Origin: Camelus ferus
Taxonomy: Eukaryota
DNA length: 64,000 bases
Assembly (NCBI RefSeq): GCF_009834535.1
Contig: NC_045696.1
Span: 7,690,001 to 7,754,000 of the forward strand
Reading direction: 5' to 3'
Translations under genes and position numbers: made by a program
Shown here: positions 38,070 through 49,372 of the stretch, one piece after another
Layout of the letters: each line of letters begins with the position of its first letter
Numbering within the stretch: the first letter of the stretch is position 1
The notes under the pieces: model-generated
Told to the model about the DNA's origin: nothing
What the model saw: the letters and a program-made list of their open reading frames with translations, nothing else
The model's database searches: none

Positions 38070-39900
38070 TTTTAAAAAATTGAAGTATAGTTGATTTACA
38101 ATGTTATGTTAGTTTCTGGTATACAGCATAGTGATTCACTTATGCATATATAGTTTTTTTCCTTTTCATTATAGGTTATTATAAGCTATTGAATATAGTT
38201 CCCCGTGCTATACAGTAGGACCTTGTTATTTATCTATTCTGTATATAGTAGTTGGTATCTACTAGTCCCAGACTCCCAATTTATCCCTCCCCACCCCCTA
38301 TCCCCTTTGGTAATCATAAGTTTTTTGTGTCAGTGAATCTCTTTCTGTTTTGTAAATAAGTTCATTTGTGTCATTTTTTTTAGATTCCACATGTAAGTGA
38401 TATAAGATATTTGTCTTCGTCTGACTTACTTCAGTTAGTATGATAATCTTTAGGTCCATCCATGTTGCTGCAAATGGCATTACTTTTATTCTTTATCATG
38501 GCTAAGTAGTATTCTATTGTATGAATATTCCACAACTCCTTTATCCAGTCATCTGTTGATGGACATTTAGGTTGCTTCTATGTCTTGGCTATTGTAAATA
38601 GTGCTGCTATGAACATTGGGGTGCATGTGTCTTTTTGAATTGGAGTTTTCTCAGGATATATGCCCAGGAGTGGGATTGCTGGATCATATAGTAACTCTAT
38701 TTTCAGTTTTTAAAGGAATTCCCATACTCCAACTTTCCATAATGGCTGCAAGAAATTACATTCCCACCAACAGTGTAGGAGGGTTCTCTTTTCCCTACAC
38801 CCTCTCTAGCATTTATTGTTTGTGGACTTTTTAATGATGGCCATTCTGACCAGTGTGAGGTGATAACCTCATTGTCATTTTGATTTTCATTTCTCTGATA
38901 ATTAGCACTATTGAGCATCTTTTCATGTGCCTGTTGGCCATCTGTATGTCTTCAATGGAGAAATGTCTGGGTCTTCTGCCCATTTTTGGATTGGGTTTTT
39001 TGTTTTGTTATTGCGTTGTATGAACTGTTTGTATATGCTGGAAGTTAAGCCCTTGTCAGTTGCATCATTTGCAAATATTTTCTTCTAGTCTGTAGGTTGT
39101 CTTTTTGTTTTGTTTATGGGTATCTTTGCTGTGCAAAAGCTTATAAGTTTAATTAGGTCCCATTTATTTGGTTTTCCTTTTATTTCTATTGCCTTTGGAG
39201 ACTGACATGGAACATTGCTCCAATGTATGTTGGAGTATATTTTGCCTGTCTTCTCTCCTAGGAGATTTCTGGTGTCCTGTCTTATGTTTAAGTTTTTAAG
39301 CCATCTGGAGTTTGTGTTTGTGTATGGTGTGAAAGAATGTTCTAACTTATTGATTTATATGCCCCTCTCCAGCTTTCCCAACATCATTTGTCAAAAAGAC
39401 TGTCTTTTCTCCATTGTATATTTTTGTCTCCTTTGTTGAAGATTAACTAAGGAAGACTGTAGGTGTGTGGGTTTATTTCTGGACTCTCTGTTCTGTTCCA
39501 GTGATCTATGTGTCTTTTTATGGCAGTACCATGCTGTTTCCATTACTGCAGCTCTGTAGTATTGTCTGTAGTCTGAGAGAGTTATTCTTCGAGATTCATT
39601 CTTTTTCTTCAGTATTGCTTTGGCAATTCTTGGTCTTTTGTGATTCCATATAAATTTTAGGATTATTTATTCTATTTCTGTGAAAAATATCCTAGGTAAT
39701 TTGATAAGGATCTCATTAAATCTGCAGATTGCTTTGAATAGTATGGCCATTTTAACAATGTTAATTCTTCCAATCCAAGAGCATGGGATTTCTCTGTGTT
39801 AATCTTGTAACCTGCTACCTTGCTGAATTCATTTATCAGCTGTAGTAATTTTTGTGTGGAGTCTTTAGGGTTTTCTGTATACATAGTGTCATGTCATCTG
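38070..39900 (-). mobile_element. 5'-truncated younger L1 (about 1.8 kb) inserted in an old + strand L1ME remnant
   Basis: 3' end attgaagtatagttgatttacaatg; minus ORFs MPFAATWMDL (38298..38480) and [29 protein letters not shown] (39672..39884). Confidence 0.95.
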
Positions 39901-40824
39901 CCCCCACAAAAACCCCATATTTTTAATGATATCTAAGATGGGCAAGGATCTAATAAAGCAGGTACAGATAGTTTTCAACCTTGTTTAAATTTTGGTGGTA
40001 ATGTAAATTGGAAAAACTTTTTAAAAAGCAGTTTGGAAGTAGGCATCAGGAATCATAAGTTCATATCCTTTCACTCAGTAATCCTACTTCTGATAATCTA
40101 CCTTTAAGAAATAATCAGATATATGGGAAGATCCATACTCCAAAAGATTTATAATTAAATATGTTGTATACAATCATTTGGAATATTATCCATCAACAGA
40201 AAAACTAACAATATGCAGAAATGGCCAGATGAATTAAAAAAAGATACTTAGTAGATTAAAACCTTTAAAACATACATCTGAGAAAGGACTAGAAAATATG
40301 GGAAAGTGATAATAGTTGTTAGGATGAGTGATTAAAACTTTTGTTTCTGTTTCCGAACCACCTATAAAGTATGATTACTTTCATAAATTAAAATCCTGCA
40401 TACTTCTAACCGTGGTAAAGGAAAACATTAACTTAGCCTCCACTATTTTGGAATTTATGATTAAATTGGGATTTTCTTCATTGATGGGCACAAACAAAAT
40501 TATAGGCATAATATTTAAATTACTTTAGCAGTTCAAGCCCCAAGTAATTTTTAGGAGACTTTAATAACTGAATGCATTTGAAAGTAGAACTGCATTAGAA
40601 AACTTTTCACCACATCAGACTGCAGTTGATTTCATTCTCTTCGTGACAATTAATGGATGAGATGGTGTGTACTGTTTAAGAAGTGTCAGGAGGCTTGTGT
40701 GACTGTAGGAGATGGGGTCTTTTGTTTCCTTTTTCTAATAGGATAATCAATGTACTCATTTGCTCACTGGAGAGACTCTCATACCCACTAGAACATTCCT
40801 AATCAAATAATATATTCCTCATAT

Positions 40825-40858
40825 CACACACACGCGCGCGCGCACACACACACACACA
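40825..40858 (+). repeat. (CA)4(CG)5(CA)8 alternating purine-pyrimidine tract
   Basis: Direct reading. Confidence 0.95.
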
Positions 40859-41119
40859 GAGTGCCCTACAAAAACAAAACCCAACTACTAGCAATTAAAG
40901 AGCTCTTGCATCTGACTGCACCCCAGTCTATAGGAAATGGGGTGACTGCACTCAGAGTTCCCCCATGCTCCAGAGTATTATGAGTTATTCATCTTTACCA
41001 AAAAAGTTATTCCTCCTCACTAAAAAGCCTTTGAGTTTTTATAACTTCAGGATACTTTTAATAGCACACTCATTTTCTATAATGATCTGGGACTGTAATG
41101 CAGCGCATAAACCTCTCTT

Positions 41120-41640
41120 CCAGACCCCGCCCATAAGCCCTCCTCGCCCTCATTACAGACGTAGTTCTGCAGCAGGAACTTTCATCTTTCCTCTTCGCAT
41201 TTTAATACTTCATCGTAAAAAAACAGTATGAGAAGTTCCAGGCAGTTTCATTTTGTGAAAGCACACCCGGCAATCTCGATTTCATTAGAATGTTAAACTC
41301 TGTCCACTGTTCTTGGCTTGCTGAGGGTCGCTGGCTGGGGCGGCGTTGAGCAGTAGGTGTGTCAGTACCCTGTTCTGCGGGAGAATTGACTCCCGTCCCC
41401 TGTGCGGCTCCGCTTTTGCTCTGCGCGTGCGCATGCCCCGGGGAGCGGCATCTTGCACCCAGCAACCTGGGTGGGGAGGTGCCCTCAGTTCTGCCAGCTG
41501 GGTGTGTTCCTCCAGGCCATCCTGCAGAGCACTCCTCCGGGCATTTAGCGTCGGTGCAGAGGGGACGCGTGCACAGTACAGCTTCAAGAAGACCAAGTGT
41601 CATCTCTGGGAAACGCCACCGTGTTACGAGGAGTGGCCAC
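41120..41640. promoter_or_regulatory. CpG-enriched intronic patch with NRF1 and GC-box motifs (candidate promoter or enhancer)
   Basis: ccccgccc 41125-41132; tgcgcgtgcgca 41422-41433 (reverse YGCGCAYGCGCR); locally frequent CpG. Confidence 0.45.
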
Positions 41641-41658
41641 CAAATGTATACTAGAGGG

Positions 41659-41714
41659 AGTTGTATGAATCTAGCAGAATGGAAACAGTTGTATGAATCT
41701 AGCAGAACGGAAAC
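41659..41714 (+). repeat. 28-bp tandem duplication
   Basis: agttgtatgaatctagcagaa(t/c)ggaaac x2, one mismatch. Confidence 0.95.
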
Positions 41715-43839
41715 CTATTACCAAACTCCAGCCAAACCAAGAAATAACAAGAGAAATAAGCACAAGGCCGTAACGTTCCACCAGGAGCCCTACAGCCCTT
41801 CGGTGGATGGGCCAACAGCAGAGGCAGCTTCCGGCCTGGTCATCAGCACAGGTGGTCTGGGCCTTTATCAGCCCGGAGGCAATAACAACCACCAGTCTTA
41901 CGCAGCACTAATGGTTTTATCAGATGTTTTCATAGATCTTTTCTCTTAATCTTCTGTACAGCCGTAGGAGGTAGAATGGAGACACAAGATGATCCCTCTT
42001 TTTCCAGAATATCCTTCAGCTAGAGAGCCTCAGGTAAGGGTGAAGGGTGCCCTGTGTTAAAATGGCCTGATTTGGAGTGCTGGTGCTGCCTCTTCTCTTG
42101 GAGGAAATTCTGTCCATCCATCCCTTCCACCGTGGCAGTTAACTAAGCGCCCGCAGTGTGCCAGGCACTCTGCTCAGGACGCCCTGTTTCTTCCTCATGA
42201 GGTCCTGTAAAGTTAACGGGTGGAGCCCAGTTTCATCTACAAGGAGACTGGGGCTTGGCATAGGTAGGTGAACCCCCAGTGGATGCCCCCAGCAAAGCAC
42301 CTTCGTTGGGTTTTCTGTGACCCGCCACTGTGGCAGAAGATCCGTGCACTTGCAGCCCCTGAGTCTGGTCAGAGCAACTGCCTGCCGAGTGGTGGCTGAG
42401 CTGTAGATGGAATGGCCCTGCGCTTCCCAAAATATAGATGCTTCATTGTCAATTTCCTGTTAAGATAAAAGTGATGCCTCATCCTTCCTGGCCCTAGGGG
42501 GTGCTCTTAGAAAAGCATCCAAATCTGAGTTGCACCAGGACGTGGAGTGGAAGTGACAGTGGCCTAGGCTAACCACATGTGTTCACATCTTTAAATGCAA
42601 TTCAGGATTTGATGTGCTTTGACCCCTCCCTCCCCCCCCAACCACCCTTCATGAAGTGAGCTGTCTCCCCCTGAACCCTGACACACCTCTTATTGTCCCT
42701 ACGACGTAGGTGGCCTTGTATTGCCTCTTCTTGCTGTCGAGGTCTTTGTTCCCTGGTTTGATTGAGTGAGAAAGCAACTTTAAGATTTCTTTGCATTCTC
42801 CCATATATTTAACATGGCATTTTACTTAATAGGAATCCAGTAAATATATATTTATTATTAAATTCTCCACCCCATTGGACTTACTCTCTAATTGTTTCTC
42901 TCATTGGTTCAGGATGCCTTTAAAATTTTTTTTTTAAATGGAAAATGAAACAAAGAAAATGCATTGGAAAGATTTATGTATTTAGTTGGGGGAGGGGGAA
43001 ATTAAACTTCTCATAATAGTTTTTAAATTAAATTTCATACTCGTCCAAATCCTTTCCTTCTCCACCCCTTCCTCTGATATTCCCTCCCTCATTAAAGCAT
43101 AGGATTTTGATGGTATTCGCAGGGAAGCTGATTTACTGGAATAAAGAAGTTCTTTAAGTTTTACATTTTGGAACGCTCCCAGTGTGTCTGAACCCGGGTT
43201 TCAGATTTTACTGGCATTTTGTTGGCAGAGCCGTCTTTGGAGCCGATCCTTATTTGAGCATGTTTCCTGACACCTTTGGCAGTATGGTACTATGTTTTTT
43301 AGATTTAAAAAAAAAAGTTTAAATAGAAAAGCATATACAAACATATACAGAAGATTGATTATACAATGTCTAGCAAAATAAAAGAGCAGTAAAAACTCTC
43401 AAAAATTAACAAATGGGAAGCGCTTTCTTTTTAAAGGGTCAGGATGAAGACAAAGGTACCAGGAGAGAAATGTTTCAGGAAGCTCCAGGAAAAGCTGCCT
43501 TTCCCTCTGTGCTCATCTCCTCTCCACACACAAGTGTCCTGTTGAAATAGGGTTGAGAATAGTGTACTTCCCACTGCTCTAGGGACATGGTCAGTCCCTG
43601 CAGTCATCAGGGCCACAGACAGAATCCAGCTGAGATGAAGGGAAAGCTTATGGAGGCAAGGGCAAGGTGACTGAGCCTACCTGGGTTGGGGGTGTCTCCA
43701 GAGATCGGCCACAGAGGGAATCCTTTGCTACCCTTGGGCTCAAAGGGGTAAGGGAAGAAATAGTATTTCCCAGAGCCCCTTGGAGAATCTGTGAGAGCAG
43801 ACAATGAGACCCAATGTTGGGAAAGAGCGAGTAAGATTC

Positions 43840-44140
43840 ACTGAGCTAAAGCTAGTGTCCTACCTAATGGGAAACCCTCAGAGCACTTCCCGGAGGCCCG
43901 GAACCAGGGTAGGATGCTCACAGGATGCCCATTATCTCCACTTCTATTTAACATCATCCACATGATATTAGCCAATTCAGATTGACAAGAGAAATCAATT
44001 AGTGGCATACAAATTGAAAAAGAAGTAAAACTATCTCTATTTTCAGCTGATATGATGGTATACCTCATAAACCTTAGAGAATCAATGATAAAATTAACTG
44101 AAACAATTAAAAAATTCAGTAAGGAAGTAGGATATAAAAT
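43840..44140 (+). mobile_element. Old L1 ORF2 reverse-transcriptase remnant
   Basis: caggatgcccattatctccacttctatttaacatc (GCPLSPLLFNI) and ctatctctattttcagctgatatgatg (degenerate FADDM). Confidence 0.85.
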
Positions 44141-45204
44141 ATTCTGCTAGCGTGGAGCCCAAGCAGAAGCCAGCTTCAAAGGATCAACAGACTTGAGTAG
44201 AAAATGGGATTGGGGAGCGTAGGGGATTGGAATATAATCATCTGAATGAAAATCCATTCTAGAACTGGCTTCTGAACCAGATTTAGTTCATGGGGACTAT
44301 AAACCAAGCATATCATGGAGCAAAGACCTGCATTAAAGAAAGAGGCTCCTTGTCCCACTGAGTGAAGAGTTAAGCTGGTGCAAAGCTTCCTGGTCAAGCA
44401 GGCTCTGGCATGTTGCTTGATCTCTGGCAGGGTGGGGTGCAAGCAGGGCTCTGGAGAGAGGTCTGAGCATGAGAGGGAACGACATAGGGTGATATCTAGG
44501 GCAGCAAGGTGGTGAAAGCAGCAATGGTTTGGGGGCCAGCTGGCAGAGGCAGGGAATTCTTTCTCATAATTACCCTTGAAATGGCAATGGTATTGGAGTG
44601 GAAAAAGGGCCCAGTAAGGGCCTGAGTGGCAGGGTGGAGCTTCCCTTTCTAGAGGAAGAAATTCATTACCTTCACATTGCTTTGTCCACCCAGATGTTTC
44701 AACAGCCACTTGGCTCTAGGTAAGGAAACTGCTTATTATAGTATTTTATGTAAATTTGGCTAGGAAAGATCAGCATATTTGAAACAGAATGTGTGTAGAG
44801 CAGAGAAAATACCTCTTCAGACATGCAAGGCAGAGCTAACGAACTTTGACATAAATGTGGTCATATTTAATTTTTAAAAATTTAGGATGACACTATTTCA
44901 ATTCTTTAAAAAAGTAAGAACCCCATTTTGATTTTACTCTTTTAGTGTAAGTTTTCATTAAAAAAAAAGTATACGTGAACAAATGTAAGACATTTCTTGC
45001 TCCTTGATAGGACAGCTCAACAGCACAAACATTATCAGTTCTCCCCAAGTTAGTTTGTAAATTTAATGCGCTTGTACTAAAAATACCACTAAGTTTTTTG
45101 TCTGTTTTAAATGGAGCTAGACAAATAAAAAAAATATACAAGAATATTGAGGCAAACAACGAAAAAGAAAAGCCAGGAGGGGGGTCCTAGCCTTGCTAGA
45201 TTTT

Positions 45205-45617
45205 ATTTTATTTTATTTTATTTTTTATTTCATTATTATTTTTATTGAAGTACAGTCAATTACAGTTGGTGTACAGCACAATATCCCAGTCATGCATATA
45301 CATAACATATATTCGTTTTCATTTTTTTCCATTAAAGGTTATTACAAGATATTGAACATAGTTCTCTGTGCTATACAAAAGAAACCTTTTTTAAAAAAAT
45401 CTATTTTTATATATAGTCTCTAACATTTGCACTCAAACTTCAAAATTTATCCCCTCCCACCCCCTTTCCCCGGTAACCATAAGATTGTTTACGTCTGTGA
45501 GTCTGTTTCTGTTTTGTAGATGAATTCATAATGTCCCTTTTTTTTTTTTTTAAAAGATACCGCATATGAGTGATATCATATGGTATTTCTCTTTCTCCTT
45601 CTGGCTTACTTAGAGTA
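45205..45617 (-). mobile_element. Young 5'-truncated L1 3' UTR with 24-bp TSD
   Basis: TSD ggggtcctagccttgctagatttt at 45181-45204 and 45618-45641; (ATTTT)n tail. Confidence 0.93.
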
Positions 45618-48329
45618 GGGGTCCTAGCCTTGCTAGATTTTTAAAACATACTCTAAAGCCTCTATAATTAAGACAATGTATGTTATTGGCACATGAATAA
45701 ATGGAGAGACCAGCAAAAAGGAATAGAATGTCCAGAAATAGATCCAAGTACATATAGAAACTTAGTATATAATAAAGGTGGCATCTCAAATTGCTAGAGC
45801 AAAGGTACAATTTTTAACAAATGCTCCTGGGACAATTTGATGGATATTTGGGGGAAAAGAGAAGATCAGTTCTATACCTTTCACTATACACAAAAGATAA
45901 ACTCCAAAAGGATCAGGGTTCTACATTTAAAAAGTGAAACCCTTTGAGTACTAGAAATAAGTGGATGAATTCCTGCATCACGTGAGTATGGGGAAAGCTC
46001 TGAAGACACAACAGTAAGAGGCAGTAAAAGAGAAAAATGGTACATTTGACTACATAAGAATAAAAAATAAAATTTGGGATTGTGAAAAAAACTATCAGTA
46101 AAATCAGAAGACAAACAGTTAATCTGAAGAAAATATTGGCAAGATAACACAGATAAAGCACTAATATTCCCTAATGTATTAAGAACTCTTAAAATACACA
46201 AAAAGACATGAACAGATAATGCACTGTGTGTGTGCATAAAAATACATAAATATTGAAAACTGTACATATAAGAGAAATGTAAATTGCAACTGCACTGAAA
46301 TACCATCTCTTACAGATCAGACTGGCAAAAACTGAGAAGTGTGACATCATACTCTGTGGTATCTCAGAAAGCTTCATAGTCACGTACTTACCTTCTGACC
46401 CAGAATCCCACTTCTAGGAATCTACCCTGAAGATACACCTTCAACAATACGAAGATACATGTGAACAAGGGTATACATTTTACATACTGTCATTTTGGAA
46501 ACTACTTAAACGCACATGGGAGAGTGGCTGGATAAGCTATGCTCCATGCACACAATGGGACAGTTCGCAGCTTCAGAAAGAGTGGGGAAGAGCTCTGTGA
46601 ACTTCTAAAGAGTATTATCAAGTTACGTTAAGTGAAAAAAACCCAAAAGATAAAAGAGTACAAAATAGTAACTTTCTGTAAGGAAGAAAGAGAAATAAGA
46701 AAATATGCAAGTATCTGTACATTTGTGTAGAAAGACCAAAAGAATAAACCAGAAACTAGTGAGATTAGTTATTATTTACCGAAAGGAGTTCTACTGGGAG
46801 ACTTGGATCGAAGGGGTAAGTGGGGGAAATGTGGCACTTCCCAGAGTTGACTTTCTTGTATAGCGCTGACTCTTGGAACCAAATTAAAGAATAAAGAAAC
46901 AAGGATGGAGGCGGCCCTATCATGGATTACAGAATTACAGTTAAACCTAACCTTATTTCAGAAGACTAATATAACCACACTCAAGGAAAAGAAAAAAAGA
47001 ACAAACCCTAAGAACTTTTAAACATAATATTTGACTATATACTCTCAGGCTAAAAACAAAAAAAGTTCTGTCGGTACATATTGAACCCTAGTTGGTAAGT
47101 TTGTTTTTCACAGTAGCATGGGTCAACAATTCCGAAACCACTTTCTGTGTGTTATAGTATTGAGCAAATAAGTAAATATATTTCAGATAATGGGAGCCAG
47201 ATTTCTCATTATTGGAGAAGGAAGTTCCAAATATAAAAAGGAGGAGAATAAAATGGACCTTGTGTTGTTGGATTGGAACTGAAAATCTTAAATGAATTCA
47301 TGGTTTTTAAGATAGGTGGATAGATGGATGGATGGAGAGATGGCAGGAAGGAAGGAAACACCCATGCTTTCTTGTTCTTTCATAACACCCTGATTTGTTT
47401 TTTAAATACTATTCTCCACTAAGAGGAAGCAGAGCTCCTTGGAGAAAAGGCCAACTCCAGGGCTGGTGCTGAGAAAGTTCAAGATGAGCCTGGAACCTCT
47501 TATGCCAAAAAGTAAGGAAGTGCTGAAAGATGACAGGGACTTGTCAGTAGGAGATAGGAACCAGCTTGAAGGAGCTTCTGCTTGCCAGATCTGGGATAAT
47601 TTGTGCATCAAAATAAATAATGATAAGAAAATGAATACTCTGTTGAATAAATAAGTCTCCTTAAGTCCATTCTGCTATAAAGAAAGGAAGAAAGGACAGT
47701 AAGTGCTGGGAGAAGAAAAAGCTCTTCCTTATAGTAGCTTCTGAACAAGTATATATGGAAGAAATGGAAGAAAAATCACTATTTGGCAACCATGAAATAA
47801 ATAATTGATTCAAGTAAAATCATCCACAGATGCTAAGACTAGCAGATTAAATTTCATGAGAAACATGATATTTATCTCCCCACAAGTACTTAACTACAGT
47901 GGAAAAACAATAACTTTACAGTGGAAAAACCTGGCATGCACCACCTTACCCAGGTGGGTCAAAGTTAACTCACCAGTACTGGGACAAGGTGACACTGGGC
48001 ACTTCCTGATACGATGCCCTGAGAAAGATACACTCTCACTAATCTGTGTTCCTGCCACAAATGCTAATCTGAGTCTAAATATGAGGAGATTTCAGATCAT
48101 CTTAATTAAAGGACATTTTACAAAATAACTGCCTCTACTCTTCAAAAAATGTCTAGATTGAAAGACAAGATGAAAACTAAACCAGATACATGGAGACTAA
48201 GGAGGCATGACAGCTAAATGCAGCCAATGATCCTGGATTAGAGCCTAAATCATAAAGAAGATTGTGTTTCACTATCAAGGGCTTTGTTGGGACAATGGAT
48301 GAAATTGGACTAAATTCTATAGATTAGAT

Positions 48330-49074
48330 CAAGAGTTGGCAATACACTGGTCTCCTGCCCATTTTTGTACCACGTGAGAGCTCCAAATGTTTGTTTGTTT
48401 ATTTGTTTCACAGTTTTAAATGGTTAGAAGAAAGTTTTAAAGAGTAGAATCTATATGACATTCTGGGAAAGACAAAACTATAGAGACAGTGAAAAAAAAA
48501 AAATCAGTGGTTGCCAGGAGGGGAGGGGAGGAAGAGGGGGATGAATAGGTGTAGCAGAGGGGATTTGGGGACAGGGGGAACATTCTATACGATGCTGTAG
48601 TGGTGGATAGATGTTGTTATACATTTGTCAAATCCCAGAAAACTATACAACACAAAGAGTGAACCCTACTCTTAAACTATGGTTTAGTTAAAAATGACGT
48701 GTTACTATTGGTTCATCAGCTATAACACATGTATGACACTAATGTGTTAATTATAGGGACACTGGGGTGGGGTGAGGGGGTATATGAGGCCCCTGTACAT
48801 TCTGCTCAGTTTTTCTATAAACCTGAAGCTGCTCAATAAAGTATTAATTAAATTCTATATTGTGACACATGGACATTATATTCAATTCAAATTCCTGTGT
48901 CTATCAAGTTTTGTTGAAAACACAGCCACATTTATTTATTTATTTGCATGTTGTCCACAGTTGCTTTTGCACTCGGACAGCAGAGTTTGAATAGTTGCAA
49001 CAGAAACCATATCACTCACATACACTGAAATATTTACTATCTGGCCTTTTACAGAAAAAGTTTGCTGACCCCCG
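48330..49074 (+). mobile_element. MER58-like hAT element with 8-bp TSD, interrupted by an L1 3' end
   Basis: Ends caagagttggcaa / tttgctgacccccg; TSD gattagat (48322-48329) vs gatgagat (49075-49082). Confidence 0.85.
48440..48850 (+). mobile_element. L1MB/MC 3' end nested in MER58
   Basis: tatatgacattctgggaaagacaaaactatagagacag...gttattatacatttgtcaaa-like...cagtttttctataaacctgaagctgctc. Confidence 0.85.
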
Positions 49075-49197
49075 GATGAGATAACAGTGTTGTCTCAATG
49101 TTAAGTTCCTGATTTTGATAAATTGTACTCTGATAAAACAACACCCTTAATTTTTAGGAAAGGTACACTGAGGTATACAGGGATAAAGAGACATTAT

Positions 49198-49372
49198 GAA
49201 GAGGGGGAGGGTATAGCTCAGTGGTAGAGCATGTGCTTAGCAAGCATAAGGTCTTGGGTTCACTGCTCAGAACCTCCATTTAAAAAAAATATAGATAAAT
49301 AAAAAAACCTAATTACTTCCCTGCCAAAAAAAATACAAAAAGAAAAAAAGAGAGAGAGAGAGAATGAGAGAG
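49198..49372 (+). mobile_element. tRNA-derived camelid-type SINE (Vic-1-like) with 13-bp TSD
   Basis: ggggagggtatagctcagtggtagagc (A box), gggttcactgc (degenerate B box), A/GA-rich tail; TSD aaagagacattat 49185-49197 and 49373-49385. Confidence 0.92.

Noticed and set aside
41202..41949. Overlapping ORFs of 102-196 aa
   Set aside because: GC-rich, stop-poor sequence with no recognisable domain; one crosses the 28-bp duplication.
49203..49280. tRNA gene (also 60800-60880)
   Set aside because: tRNA-like head is followed by a SINE body, A-rich tail and TSD; no complete cloverleaf evident.
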